A stretch of DNA of 64,000 nt from Haliotis rufescens (taxonomy: Eukaryota), in NCBI RefSeq assembly GCF_023055435.1, contig NW_025963779.1:88102001-88166000 (forward strand), given 5' to 3'. The notes under the pieces were generated by a model. The model worked only from the letters and a program-made list of their open reading frames with translations, ran no database searches and was not told the DNA's origin. This document shows positions 25,524 to 38,980 of this stretch, one piece after another. Each line of letters starts with the position of its first letter. Within the stretch, counting starts at the first letter, position 1. A program made the translations under genes and the position numbers.

Positions 25524-26240
25524 ACTGTGAAACAAAGTGCAAATTTACCTAATCATCCCTATGACGTTACGGAACTGAACGAAAAGGGTCAAATAGGTGA
25601 CGGACACTTACGAAAGTTACGGGCAGGCATGGTGTCTCGTGACTTGAGTCTACGGACACTTACAAATGATCCCGATGCCATTTGGTGCACTCATCCCATT
25701 CTGTAATCTACAAGATACCGAGTGGTGAGGAATGAGCCGATATGGCGCAAACTGAAAACAGCTCCAGGCGTCCACGTCGAACTCGCGAGTACACTTGAAT
25801 GATATGGTATTTAATCATTTGTTGGGTGATTTTTGTGACAGAAAAGTGTGGTAGGGAACACTGTAAGGATGATGTGGATAACAGTAAGGAACGAGGGAGG
25901 CATGGGCGTGGCTAGTGACGACACAACGGTGACTTCGCTTTCAAATCAGTACTGAAAAAGTGTAACCGGTGAAAGTGGCTTGTGTGAATGTTCCAGGACT
26001 GTTTCCCATAGCCAAAATATTCGACACAAAACCATGTCATCCTTTTTACGTGACATTTTTTGTGTGAAGAATATTAGGAGCCGCTATAGAAAGCTATAAT
26101 AGCCACTAAACAGGTACCAAACCCTAATCGTAAAGGGGTGATTGATCGTAAAGGGGATCCGAGGGCTAAGGGTAGAGACACTGGCGACATTTGGATGTGT
26201 TCAGCACCAAAATAATATCCCTAATAAACTGCATTCTTGT

Positions 26241-26517
26241 GGTTTGGTTTGGTTTGGTTTGGTTTGTTGTTTAACACCGCACTCAGCAATATTCCAACTA
26301 TATAAAGGCGGTCTGTAAATAATGGAGTCTGGACTAGACAATCCAGTGATTAATATCATGAGCATCGATCCACGCAATTGGGATCAATGACATGCATCAA
26401 CCAAGTCAGCGAGCCTGACCACCCGATCCCGTTAGTCGCCTTTTATGACAAGCATAGTCACCTTTTATGGCAAGCATGGGTTGCTGAAGACCTATTCTAC
26501 CCCGGAATCTTCACGGG
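26241..26517 (-). mobile_element. SINE-like family B
   Basis: Full copy with (AAACC)n tail. Confidence 0.88.
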
Positions 26518-26972
26518 GGTGTGCATAATAATGAAAAGTAATGAACCTAAAAAATAATATATGTATATTAGTTCCCATTTATAACCATTTTAGCCACTTG
26601 AATTACAAAAACTAGCACTTCCTCTAAAATGCGCCGCCGCAGTCTATATTTAGATAACAAATATTCAAACTCTCAACACCGCTGGGCGTTTTCATTGACA
26701 TTGCGTGTAGGGGTGATAGATCACTGGGAGGAGCTTATGCACACTCGAAGACCCCTGACGTCACAGGGTATTGCTTCGCCGGTGTGACTGGCAACAAAAT
26801 ACTACAAATTATGTTATAGGGTATTGTCACGTGTTTAAAAAGGTTGTGGTACTGTATTCAAAAGGTAGGCCCATTTTTTATAGGTGAGATAAGCAGCTTA
26901 TTTGGTTCCTGTAGATGTAACAAAATGTTCTCTGGGTACAAAATGAAATAAGTATTTTCTTCCTTTGCCTTA

Positions 26973-27451
26973 TAGGGCAGGGACAGGTAACTCTGGTACT
27001 CGGGTGGGTACTGAGTATCACCCGGGTACCCACAGGACTACCCGGACCTGTGGTTAGCAACATAATATATTGTTTAATGACCAAAATTATCTAGAACTCC
27101 ACGGTTACACAACAAGTCACTAATGTTCGAAATTCTTTCTGACTATCCACGCATTCCTTCTAACTTTCATATATTTGAGTAAAGATAAAGCTTCAGTTTA
27201 CTTCAGTGTATGCATGACCAGATCGTAGCCGCGAATAGCTGGAATATTGCTGATGCGGCTTAAAGCAACATTTACTCACTCATGACCAGATCGTGTCATA
27301 CGTGTATCTAAATACATATTGCCAGGGCTACGGTCAAACTAATCCCAATCGGACATTTTGTACCCGTCTCTTGAGAACTACAATGGGTACCCAGATAGGG
27401 AATTAGGGGGTTGGGTAACCAGGTAGTAAATTTGGACTCATCCCAGCCCTA
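26973..27451. mobile_element. Possible hAT-like MITE
   Basis: Ends tagggcaggga / tcccagcccta; internal gggtaccc motifs; TSD poorly preserved. Confidence 0.45.
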
Positions 27452-27777
27452 TTGTCATCAACAATATTATAGTCTTAAAGAATAAATTCTATGTAATTTC
27501 AAGTACTTTGATTGTCTGCCTAGGAGAAATCTTTGTGTAACACAATAAACATATGCTGTAGATTCAATGGATTCTTGGAGGACCCCCTCCCCAGGGAATG
27601 CTAATCCTGTCAGCATATACAATGGACAATTTCAACAGTATGTCCCAACTTTAAGTTAACTGCTAAGGTTAATTTCAAAACAAACAAATTATAGGAGTGA
27701 ATTTGGGCAAGTGACTTAAAGCACAATTTGTATTTCTCAGTGAATGTTACTTCCCTACTTTTCCTCATTCTCTACAT

Positions 27778-28010
27778 GGGGTAGAATAGGTCTTCAGCAA
27801 CCCATGCTTGTTGTAAGAGGCGACTAACGGGATCGGGTGGTCAGACTCGCCAACTTGGTTGTTACATGTCGTCGTATCCCAATTGTATAGTTCAATGCTC
27901 ATGATGTCAATCACTGGATTGTCTGGTCCAGACTCGGTTATTTACAGATAACTGTCATATAGCTGGAATATTGCTGAGTGTGGTGTTAAGCAACAAACAA
28001 ACAAACAAAA
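27778..28010 (+). mobile_element. SINE-like family B
   Basis: Near-full copy. Confidence 0.85.
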
Positions 28011-28077
28011 ATCAGTTCTACATTATTCCATGTCCCTGAAGGCGATCTACAGTTACAATCAGCTTACTGATATACAG

Positions 28078-28232
28078 GTTTGCCTGCACCGAAGGTTGGG
28101 GGAGAGGATGGTGTCCAAGAAGATGAGCTGGAGGAAGAGGTCAAACCCAAAAGTACCCAGATATCTGATGCCCCCAAACCTCCAAAGAAAGCCAAGATGC
28201 CTGTCAAAATCAGCATTCCTAAACTTGATAAT
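28078..28232 (+). CDS. PRCC: PRCC exon 2
   Basis: tacag|GT phase-1 acceptor; LPAPK...PVKISIPKLDN; |gtgagt donor. Confidence 0.88.
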
Positions 28233-28797
28233 GTGAGTCCAGCATGTACAGAGTTACTGTTACACCGTAACCATGGTTACTTAGCCTTGGTTCATGTAAA
28301 AAAATAATTTTTTATCTCATTCCAAATAATGTTTATTGGTGACAAATACTCACTTAACCTGGAAATCCGAAAACAATGGTTATCTCCTAATTAGAAGCTC
28401 TTTCCATGGTTACTGCTCGTCTATCACATGCTCTCAAACTCAGCACTAGAAACAGGTGATGCTCATTTTTACAGGGACTGTACAATGTAAACTGTATCAT
28501 GTTGTGTAATGCAATGCACTGTGTAGTGGTCACTACAACGTGTGAAAGCATACAACTGAGCAAGTGTTCAGAGTTCCATCCCTTAGTTGTGCAAGGATCC
28601 GCTGACCATGGGTTTGAATCCAAAGTTTTGTCTTGAATGTGATTCTTGGTTTGTCGGCACTATGTCCATGCTCTTGGATTTCACCAAGCTGGTAAATGAC
28701 TAAAACTACATTAAGCTGATATGCCATGATATAACTGAAGTAATATGCTGGGCAGTATTATACCCAACTAACTCACTGGAATGTTTCATATTTTCAG

Positions 28798-28851
28798 GAT
28801 TCGGATGAAGAGGAACCGGTTTCAAAGAAAGCAAAAACCACTGACACAAAG
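28798..28851 (+). CDS. PRCC: PRCC exon 3 (54 nt)
   Basis: ttttcag|GAT acceptor, AAG|gtaagg donor; DSDEEEPVSKKAKTTDTK resembles the PRCC DSDxEEP-KK motif. Confidence 0.88.
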
Positions 28852-29385
28852 GTAAGGAGGATGTCTAGAGGTGGTGTCCATCTTACGAGATCATTTACAG
28901 AAATATATAGAGGATTGCGCCACTCGTGAAAATATCTCCTTTCCCCTGTCTCGAGAAACATGATATTTCACTTGACACAAAGAATATAGCATTTGTTTCA
29001 CCACCCCTTGTAATTGTTGTTCTGTGTTTGCTAAATCTTAAAAAATGTTAACAAAAGTAACAAAAAACTTCAGAGGTCAATACAATTCTTTATCATACAA
29101 TTTGATATGATTATATACAAAATAAAACTTCAACAAAATATATTCTTGACATCTACGATACCTCTGTTGGAAGCGAAAGAATATACAGTGGACAAGCAAC
29201 AGAATGGTGCTTTGTGAAACAAACCGTCTTGATTGACGAGTTAAATGAGAAATTTACAGTTTATACCAAAACATTTTCAAGAAAATAACAAATTGCCAGA
29301 AGCGATCTTATCTCCAGAAATGACCATCTGTGATTATTTGCCTTGTCAATTTCAAACTAATATTAAAAGGAAGTGAACAGTTTAT

Positions 29386-29554
29386 GGGGGCGTTCGGGTA
29401 GCCTAGTGGTTAAAGCATTCGCTCGTCACGCTGAAGACCCTGGTTCGATTCCCGACATGGGTACAATGTGTGAAGCCCATTTCTGGTGTCCCCCGCCGTG
29501 ATATTGCTGGAATATTGCTAAAAGCGGCGTAAAACCATACTCACTCACTCACTC
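29386..29554 (+). mobile_element. SINE family A
   Basis: Full copy; TSD aacagttta. Confidence 0.93.
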
Positions 29555-30620
29555 AACAGTTTACAGGCTAGACACTTACGGTAAGGGGAGGTAATTAATG
29601 GGGAGGTAACTCTGGTACGACAGTAGATCCATCAAAGTGTTCACTGCAGTGAAATATCAAGTGTAATATTCACTGCAATGAAAATATTATTTTTTCAAAC
29701 TTCAGAAAATTCAGTCTTTCACACTGAAGTTAAATATGAATAGCTTATCTTCTGTATTTCTCTAGTCATTACTGTATGTATTATGAATGTTCACATGCAC
29801 TAAGTATATGGTATGCAGAATAAAATATGAAAGGGTTTTGGGGTGGACCATATTTGGACTTTTAGACTGCTCTGGGCTCTGACCATGACATACTCTCTTC
29901 CCTTAAATGGTGAGGAATCTGAATACTTGTGTTATCTTATGATAACAGAAGTAGGTCCATTGATGTACTTAAATGAGTAGCACATATGAAACAGGAAGTG
30001 CCCATAACTTTCTTATCAATGTAACAAAGATGCTGTTTGGCTTTTAGGCCATGTGCTTTCTCAGACCACAAGTCATCATGGTAATATCTTGATGAGACCA
30101 GACAGGACTTTGGGTTCCTCCTTATGTTGGTTAGAGCTAAAGGCAGGGTACTTTAGACTGGGGTTGGAGTAAGCTTGGTATTGGACTGGAAGTGCACGGT
30201 GATATGTATCCCTATGTTATGGGTTTTCAGACTCTTAAGAAACATTAGTAATTTTCTCGTTAATCACTAGAACAATGTAAAAATCTCACTCACTTATCAA
30301 AAACGACTTTATCTTAAAGACAGGCCATCATCTGAGTATTTACAATGTCTACATGACGCCACACTCCTTGTTATAGCGTGAGTAATCGCAATAAACATAG
30401 CTGTCTGAAAACATGTGATGTCCGAATACTTGTTTATGGGGCCTTCTGGCAGTGCAGTAAAGCATCAGCTGCACTTGTTTGTGTTTGCTTATTCCTGTCA
30501 CTGTTTTGTCATGCCCTTACACTTTCATGTAGCAAATAGCCCAGAAAGTCAGGTAAGCTCCAAGCCTTGTGGCTCTATCTGTGTCACATGCAAAGCTTAA
30601 TGTTCATATCCTCTTGCCAG

Positions 30621-31286
30621 GGAAAAGTTGGTCTGTTTGCCTTGCTGCCTGCTCCAGTTCATGTGGCCAAGAAAGAATCCAACCGAATCCTCATCCCCCA
30701 CACCCTCACCAAGAGGCCGCAGAAACCATCGCCAAAGCCCCCACCTGCAAAACCCAAACCCAAGGTGGAGCAGGAGGCTGATGAATCGGGTTTCTCAAAG
30801 CGGTATACTGCCTTCAGTGGTTTAACGGGCTATGATTCTGACAGTGATGATGAAACAACAGTGAAATCAAACTTCTTCTCATTAGATTCTGAAACTGTTA
30901 AACAGAATTCTTCAGAAGTGATAGCAAATCCAGACATTGAGGAACCTGTTTCAAATCCCAAACCACTTTTGAGTGACAGTGTCGTGAAGGTGTCTCCTAA
31001 ACAGGAGAGTTCCTCAAGAACAGTAACTGTGAAGGCAGTGGATGAGTCAGTGCTACCAGTAGTGGTGAGTCATATCCCTCAAACAGAGACAGGTAGTGAC
31101 AGTGTGTCATCGGACGCTGTAGGTCAGTCTGTAGATCAGGATGCTCCCTTGGCGTTCAGGCCGACTGTGCCTCAACAGAATCTTCTCTCTGCTGCATCCA
31201 TGGGGACTCGCTACCAGTACATGCATACCGCCGGGACTGCACCACAGGAGCAGCAGTCATACCCTGCATACTCTTCATACCCTCAG
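30621..31286 (+). CDS. PRCC: PRCC exon 4
   Basis: ttgccag|GGA acceptor, CAG|gtcagt donor, 666 nt; GLFALLPAP...NRILIPHTLTKRP...DSDSDDE...NFFSL...DAPLAF are PRCC-type motifs. Confidence 0.92.
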
Positions 31287-33098
31287 GTCAGTGGTTGAAT
31301 CTTACAGTCATACCCTACACACAGGTCAGTGGTTGAATCTTACAGTCATACCCTACACACAGGTCAGGGGTTGAATCTTACAGTCATACCCTACACCCAC
31401 ATGTCAGTGGTTGAATCTAACAGTTATTCCCTACACACACAGGTCAGTGGTTGAATCTAACAGTCATACCCTACACACACAGGTCAGTGGTTGAATCTAA
31501 CAGTCATACCCTACACACACAGGTCAGTGGTTGAATCTTACAGTCATACCCTACACACACAGGTCAGTGGTTGAATCTTACAGTCATACCCTACACCCAC
31601 AGGTCAGTGGTTGAATCTAACAGTCATACCCTACACACACAGGTCAGTGGTTGAATCTAACAGTCATACCCTACACACACAGGTCAGTGGTTGAATCTAA
31701 CAGTCATACCCTACACACACAGGTCAGTGGTTGAATCTAACAGTCATACCCTACACACACAGGTCAGTGGTTGAATCTTACAGTCATACCCTACACACAT
31801 GTCAGTGGTTGAATCTAACAGTCATACCCTACACACAGGTCAGTGGTTGAATCAAACAGTCATACCCTACACACAGGTCAGTGGTTGAATCAAACAGTCA
31901 TACCCTACACACAGGTCAGTGGTTGAATCTTACAGTCATACCCTACACCCACATGTCAGTGGTTGAATCTTACAGTCATACCCTACACCCACAGGTCAGT
32001 GGTTGAATCTTACAGTCATACCCTACACCCACAGGTCAGTGGTTGAATCTTACTGTCATACCCTACACCCACAGGTCAGTGGTTGAATCTTACTGTCATA
32101 CCCTACACCCACATGTCAGTGGTTGAATCTTACAGTCATACCGTATATCGCTGTGTATAAGGCGATTCCACGTATAAGACGACCCCCCTGTACATGCCTT
32201 CAAAATCAACCCAAAATCCTATACTCCGTGTATAAGGCGACCTGGAATGAAGCACATCACAAGTGCGCACACAAACCTTATATATGCAATAAAAATATGT
32301 TTATCTTGCGTTGTTTTTTCTACGATGATTGGTTGCGTGTGTAACCTCAGCACGTTTCCATTTTGTGTTTACACGGTACGACACCAAATTGGTGCCCGTA
32401 AAATAAAATTCATATATGAAGTAATAACATATAAGAGACCATGGTGAGTAATTTAATCGCCAATTAACTATGTTGTAACTAACCATGCTTATGTTTGCTA
32501 CACATTCAGCGTGTTTATTCCACAATCACTTATACACACTGTCTCCAACAGTTGTTAATACAACTGTAAAAACAGCGGGAATTGATTTCAGCTTCACCGG
32601 TTATCACATTTTAGGTCACATGTGCAATATGCAAATGCTTACCGGTACTTCCGGCTCTCTACTCACGGATGTTGGTTGTTTTACTGTATCAGCTGGTTTG
32701 ACAATCTGCATCGAGGCGAGGGTCATTCCAACTTTATTTGCAGAAATTATTAAACTTTATTCAAGGAAAAGAGATACAAATCATGTTTATGTATGGAAAT
32801 AGTTATTGGAACAGTTATTTAGGACAAAATGCGAAGTTTTATTGTCAAATGCTGGGCTGGCTATCGGACGGCGGTTGCATCGCCAGTGGTAAAAAATGTG
32901 AGATCTTCGACTCCGTGTATAAGAGAACCCCCTGCTTAACCCCCTCATTTTAGGTACGAAAAACTCGCCTTATACACAGCGATATACGGTACCCTACACA
33001 TACAGGTCAGTGGTTGAATCTTCCAGTCATACCCTACACATACAGGTCAGTGGTTGAATCTTAGTCATACCCTACACATACAGGTCAGTGGTTGAATC
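31281..33098 (+). repeat. 38-40 bp tandem array containing the PRCC exon-4 donor (about 25 copies), interrupted by a MITE
   Basis: Unit cag|gtcagtggttgaatcttacagtcataccctacacaca; cagtcataccct also occurs in the exon 3' end. Confidence 0.95.
32141..32989. mobile_element. Tc2/pogo-like non-autonomous DNA transposon (849 bp)
   Basis: Perfect 25-bp TIR ccgtatatcgctgtgtataaggcga; TA duplicated at 32139-32140 and 32990-32991; splits one array unit (cagtcaTA|ccctacac). Confidence 0.93.
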
Positions 33099-33236
33099 AG
33101 TAAGTGTTAGGCCAATTTGTTCAGGATATGACTGATGTTTAAGTTGTTTGCGTAGTCCACTGATCATGCTTTGTCCCTTTTGTTTGGCATGTCCATATGT
33201 TTGACAAGGGAGATAACCTGTGCTTGTTCGTTTCAG

Positions 33237-33320
33237 TACTTGGAACCTGCAGGGCAATACGAGGGGGAAGACATGGCACCCCAGCAGGAGGACTTCAGCC
33301 AGTACATGCAAGATGAGCAG
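33237..33320 (+). CDS. PRCC: PRCC exon 5
   Basis: tttcag|TAC acceptor, CAG|gtcagt donor, 84 nt; ends ...YMQDEQ and joins FLRLQGK. Confidence 0.85.
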
Positions 33321-33975
33321 GTCAGTCTACTCGGGTATCCTCCTCATCCTCCTGTATCCAGGGGATTATATTGCCATTCTATCACAATAAATACCCTGGA
33401 CCCATTAGTTACCCAACTCCATTTCAGAAGTGGTTTCACCATGTCTATTTCGCTTGTCAATAACTTAGCACAGAATTGCCCTCATACACAGTGTAATTTG
33501 AGTGGATGGCTGTTTTTAACATCTTGTTAAGAAAGAAGTTATAGTAGAAAATGGGTACAGGCTATCATAGGCATAATAGAATGGATCTGGATAATGGCAG
33601 ATAGGGCATCCTAGGCAGTCACATGTACTCAGCCCTGATACTGGCCCTTGTAGACATGAGGTCCCCATTAAGACCTCACTGATGTATGAATCAGGTTAGT
33701 ACATTGACACTGTACCTGACACTAAATTGTTGCTCATGCTGTTAATCACATGATTATGTGGTCCAAAAATGTTATTCATTAGGGTGCACTATGTCCACTG
33801 TTTTTGTGTGTCTCCAGCACAAGAACGTGCCAAGGTCAACGTTTCTTTTGAACGAAAGGGATCAAGCAAATAATATCGCAAATAATATCATGCAGTAAGC
33901 CCCCTCTGTGGGTGAAGTGGACTTTCCATCATTCACTCACTCACTCAAAGGTTATCATGTCGTGTTGTGTTGCAG

Positions 33976-34173
33976 TTCCTCCGACTCCAAGGCAAGAAGC
34001 ATCGTGGGAAGGAGGAGATTAACATCATCGATGCCAACATGGATGACTTCGTCAGCTCTGTTGATGTTGCCAAGAACCTGACGGAAGAGTCTTCGTATCA
34101 GTCGCACAAGAAGGACAACAACCCCACCCAGCAACAGCGCCGCAAGAAGCAGATCACCTACCTGGCCTTCCAG
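33976..34173 (+). CDS. PRCC: PRCC exon 6 (conserved C-terminal domain)
   Basis: ttgcag|TTC acceptor, CAG|gtatgt donor; FLRLQGKKHRGKEEINII...KNLTEE...PTQQQRRKKQITYLAFQ. Confidence 0.95.
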
Positions 34174-37100
34174 GTATGTAATAATGTAGATATCTCTGGC
34201 TGGGTATGTTGCTACATGTTGATATCCCTGGCTGGGTATGTTGCTGCATGTAGATATCTCTGGCTGGGTATGTTGCTATATGTTGATATCCCTGGCTGGG
34301 TATAATGCTACATGTAGATATCTCTGGCTGGGTATGTTGCTACATGTTGATATCCCTGGCTGGGTATGTTGCTACATGTTTATATCCCTGGCTGGGTATG
34401 TTGCTACATGTTGATATCTCTGGCTGGGTATGTTGCTACATGTTAATATCTCTGGCTGGGTATGTTGCTACATGTTGATATCTCTGGCTGGGTATGTTGC
34501 TACATGTTTATATCCCTGGCTGGGTATGTTGCTACATGTTTATATCCCTGGCTGGGTATGTTGCTACATGTTGATATCTCTGGCTGGGTATGTTGCTACA
34601 TGTTGATATCTCTGGCTGGGTATGTTGCTACATGTTGATATCTCTGGCTGGGTATGTTGCTACATGTTTATATCCCTGGCTGGGTATGTTGCTACATGTT
34701 GATATCTCTGGCTGGGTATGTTGCTACATGTTGATATCTCTGGCTGGGTATGTTGCTACATGTTTATATCCCTGGCTGGGTATGTTGCTACATGTTGATA
34801 TCTCTGGCTGGGTATGTTGCTACATGTTGATATCTCTGGCTTGGTATGTTGCTACATGTTGATATCTCTGGCTGGGTATGTTGCTACATGTTTATATCCC
34901 TGGCTGGGTATGTTGCTACATGTTGATATCTCTGGCTGGGTATGTTGCTACATGTTGATATCCCTGGCTGGGTATGTTGCTCCATGTTGATATCTCTGGC
35001 TGGGTATGTTGCTACATCCCTGGCTGGGTATGTTGCTACAGGTTGATATCTCTGGCTGGGTATGTTGCTACAGGTTGATATCTCTGGCTGGGTATGTTGC
35101 TACAGGTTGATATCTCTGGCTGGGTATGTTGCTGGAGTTGACATCTCTGGCTGGGTATGTTGCTGCATGTTGATTTCTCTGGCTGGGTATGTTGATATCC
35201 CTGGCTGGGTATGTTGCTCCATGTTGATATCCCTGGCTGGGTATGTTGCTACACGTAGATATCCCTGGCTGGGTATGTTGCTACATGTTGATATCCCTGG
35301 CTGGGTATGTTGCTACATGTTGATATCTCTGGCTTGGTATGTTGCTACATGTAGATATCTCTGCCTAGGTATGTTGCTACATGTTGATATTTCTGGCTGG
35401 GTATGTTGCTACATGTTGATATCTCTGGCTGGGTATGTTGCTACATGTTGATATCTCTGGCTGGGTATGTTGCTACATGTTGATATCCCTGGCTGGGTAT
35501 GTTGCTACATGTTGATATCTCTTGCTGGGTATGTTGCTACATGTTGATATCTCTGGCTGGGTATGTTGCTACAGGTTGATATCTCTGGCTGGGTATGTTG
35601 CTGCATGTTGATATCCCTGGCTGGGTATGTTGATATCCCTGTCTGGGTATGTTGCTACATGTTGATATCCCTGGCTGGGTATGTTGCTGCATGTTGATAT
35701 CCCTGGCTGGGTATGTTGCTACATGTTGATATCTCTGGCTGGGTATGTTGCTACATGTTGATATCTCTGGCTGGGTATGTTGCTACATGTTGATATCTCT
35801 GGCTGGGTATGTTGCTCTATGTTGATATCCCTGGCTGGGTATGTTGCTACATGTTGATATCTCTGGCTGGGTATGTTGCTACATGTTGATATCCCTGGCT
35901 GGGTATGTTGTTACAGGTTGATATCCCTGGCTGGGTATGTTGCTACATGTTGATATCTCTGGCTGGGTATGTTGCTGCATGTTGATATCTCTGGCTGGGT
36001 ATGTTGCTGCATGTTGATATCCCTGGCTGGGTATGTGGATACAGGTTGATATCCCTGGCTGGGTATGTTGCTACATGTAGATATCCCTGGCTGGGTATGT
36101 TGCTACATGTTGATATCTCTGGCTGGGTATGTTCCTGCATGTTGATATCCCTGGCTGGGTATGTTGCTACATGTAGATATCTCTGGCTGGGTATGTTGCT
36201 ACATGGGTATGTTGCTGGCTGGGTATGTTGCTGGCTGGGTATGTTGCTACACGTAGATATCTCTGGCTGGGTATGTTGCTGCATGTTGATATCCCTGGCT
36301 GGGTATGTTGCTGCATGTTGATATCCCTGGCTGGGTATGTTGCTACAGGTTGATATCCCTGGCTGGGTATGTTGCTGCATGTTGATATCTCTTAATGGGT
36401 ATGTTGCTGCATGTTGATATCCCTGGCTGGGTATGTTGCTACATGTTGATATCTCTGGCTGGGTATGTTGCTACAGGTTGATATCTCTGGCTGGGTATGT
36501 TGCTACATGTTTATATCCCTGGCTGGGTATGTTGCTACAGGTTTATATCTCTGGCTGGGTATGTTGCTCCATGTTGATATCCCTGGCTGGGTATGTTGCT
36601 ACATGTTGATATCCCTGGCTGGGTATGTTGCTACATGTAGATATCCCTGGCTGGGTATGTTGCTACATGTTGATATCCCTGGCTGGGTATGTTGCTACAC
36701 GTAGATATCTCTGGCTTGGTATGTTGCTACATGTTGATATCTCTGGCTGGGTATGTTGCTCTATGTTGATATCCCTGGCTGGGTATGTTGCTACATGTTG
36801 ATATCTCTGGCTGGGTATGTTGCTACATGTTGATATCCCTGGCTGGGTATGTTCCTGCATGTTGATATCCCTGGCTGGGTATGTTGCTACATGTAGATAT
36901 CTCTGGCTGGGTATGTTGCTACATGTAGATATCCCTGGCTGGGTATGTTGCTACATGTTGATATCTCTGGCTGGGTATGTTCCTGCATGTTGATATCCCT
37001 GGCTGGGTATGTGGATACAGGTTGATATCCCTGGCTGGGTATGTTGCTACATGTAGATATCCCTGGCTGGGTATGTTGCTACATGTTGATATCTCTGGCT

Positions 37101-38568
37101 GGGTATGTTCCTGCATGTTGATATCCCTGGCTGGGTATGTTGCTACATGTAGATATCTCTGGCTGGGTATGTTGCTACATGGGTATGTTGCTGGCTGGGT
37201 ATGTTGCTACATGTAGATATCTCTGGCTGGGTATGTTGCTGCATGTTGATATCCCTGGCTGGGTATGTTGCTGCATGTTGATATCCCTGGCTGGGTATGT
37301 TGCTACAGGTTGATATCCCTGGCTGGGTATGTTGCTGCATGTTGATATCTCTTAATGGGTATGTTGCTACATGTTGATATCCCTGGCTGGGTATGTTGCT
37401 ACATGTTTATATCCCTGGCTGGGTATGTTGCTACATGTTTATATCCCTGGCTGGGTATGTTGCTACATGTTTATATCCCTGGCTGGGTATGTTGCTACAT
37501 GTTGATATCCCTGGCTGGGTATGTTGCTGCATGTTGATATCCCTGGCTGGGTATGTTGCTACATGTTGATATCCCTGGCTGGGTATGTTGCTACATGTTG
37601 ATATCTCTGGCTGGGTATGTTGCTACAGGTTGATATCTCTGGCTGGGTATGTTGCTACATGTTTATATCCCTGGCTGGGTATGTTGCTACAGGTTTATAT
37701 CTCTGGCTGGGTATGTTGCTACATGTTGATATCTCTGGCTGGGTATGTTGCTCCATGTTGATATCCCTGGCTGGGTATGTTGCTACATGTTGATATCCCT
37801 GGCTGGGTATGTTGCTACATGTAGATATCCCTGGCTGGGTATGTTGCTACATGTTGATATCCCTGGCTGGGTATGTTGCTACACGTAGATATCTCTGGCT
37901 GGGTATGTTGCTACATGTTGATATCTCTGGCTGGGTATGTTGCTCTATGTTGATATCCCTGGCTGGGTATGTTGCTGCATGTTGATATCTCTGGCTGGGT
38001 ATGTTGCTACATGTTGATATCTCTGGCTGGGTATGTTGCTCTATGTTGATATCCCTGGCTGGGTATGTTGCTGCATGTTGATATCTCTGGCTGGGTATGT
38101 TGCTACATGTTGATATCTCTGGCTGGGTATGTTGCTACATGTTTATATCCCTGGCTGGGTATGTTGCTACATGTTGATATCCCTGGCTGGGTATGTTGCT
38201 GCATGTTGATATCCCTGGCTGGGTATGTTGCTACATGTTGATATCCCTGGCTGGGTATGTTGCTACATGTTGATATCTCTGGCTGGGTATGTTGCTACAG
38301 GTTGATATCTCTGGCTGGGTATGTTGCTACATGTTTATATCCCTGGCTGGGTATGTTGCTACATGTTGATATCTCTGGCTGGGTATGTTGCTCCATGTTG
38401 ATATCCCTGGCTGGGTATGTTGCTACATGTTGATATCCCTGGCTGGGTATGTTGCTACATGTAGATATCCCTGGCTGGGTATGTTGCTACATGTTGATAT
38501 CCCTGGCTGGGTATGTTGCTACACGTAGATATCCCTGGCTTGGTATGTTGCTACATGTAGATATCCCT
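34174..38568 (+). repeat. 32 bp minisatellite filling PRCC intron 6 (about 137 copies)
   Basis: Unit gtatgttgctacatgttgatat(c/t)cctggctgg; the first copy starts at the donor gtatgt. Confidence 0.97.
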
Positions 38569-38616
38569 TACAAAGAACCAATGATAATGATTTGACCACA
38601 TTTCTTCCTTTTTCAG

Positions 38617-38703
38617 GCCAAAGAGAGAGAGTTGGAGCTGAAGAACTCGTGGGCCCAGAGTCGGATGACCAAGCGACAGACACAGGCCAAATATGGCTTC
38701 TGA
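38617..38703 (+). CDS. PRCC: PRCC terminal exon 7
   Basis: tttttcag|GCC acceptor; AKERELELKNSWAQSRMTKRQTQAKYGF* is the hallmark PRCC C-terminus; spliced CDS totals 1461 nt (486 aa). Confidence 0.96.
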   Translation, partial: AKERELELKNSWAQSRMTKRQTQAKYGF

Positions 38704-38858
38704 GAGGAGACTGGCCTACTTCTATGCATCACCTGGCACGGTGCCATAGATACCTGTAAATAAGTCCCCACGTGAACCCCTCGGCACACAACACCTGGTA
38801 TATTAGTATACCTGTGAAGCTATAGATCCTGCTCATGTAAATGTTAGATCAAATTGTA

Positions 38859-38864
38859 AATAAA
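38859..38864 (+). promoter_or_regulatory. Probable PRCC polyadenylation signal
   Basis: AATAAA about 155 nt after the stop, followed by a T-rich tract at 38891-38910. Confidence 0.55.
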
Positions 38865-38980
38865 TACAATGAAATTATATGGATGTAATATTCTTTTTGT
38901 TGTTTTTGTTCAAAAAGACGTTGTGCTTATTTCTCTTAGGAATAGGTTTCATTTTTTTCACTCTTGATTTTGTTTTTCCG

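Noticed and set aside
34590-37537. Repetitive ORFs MLLHVDISGWVCC...
   Set aside because: Translations of the 32-bp intronic array.
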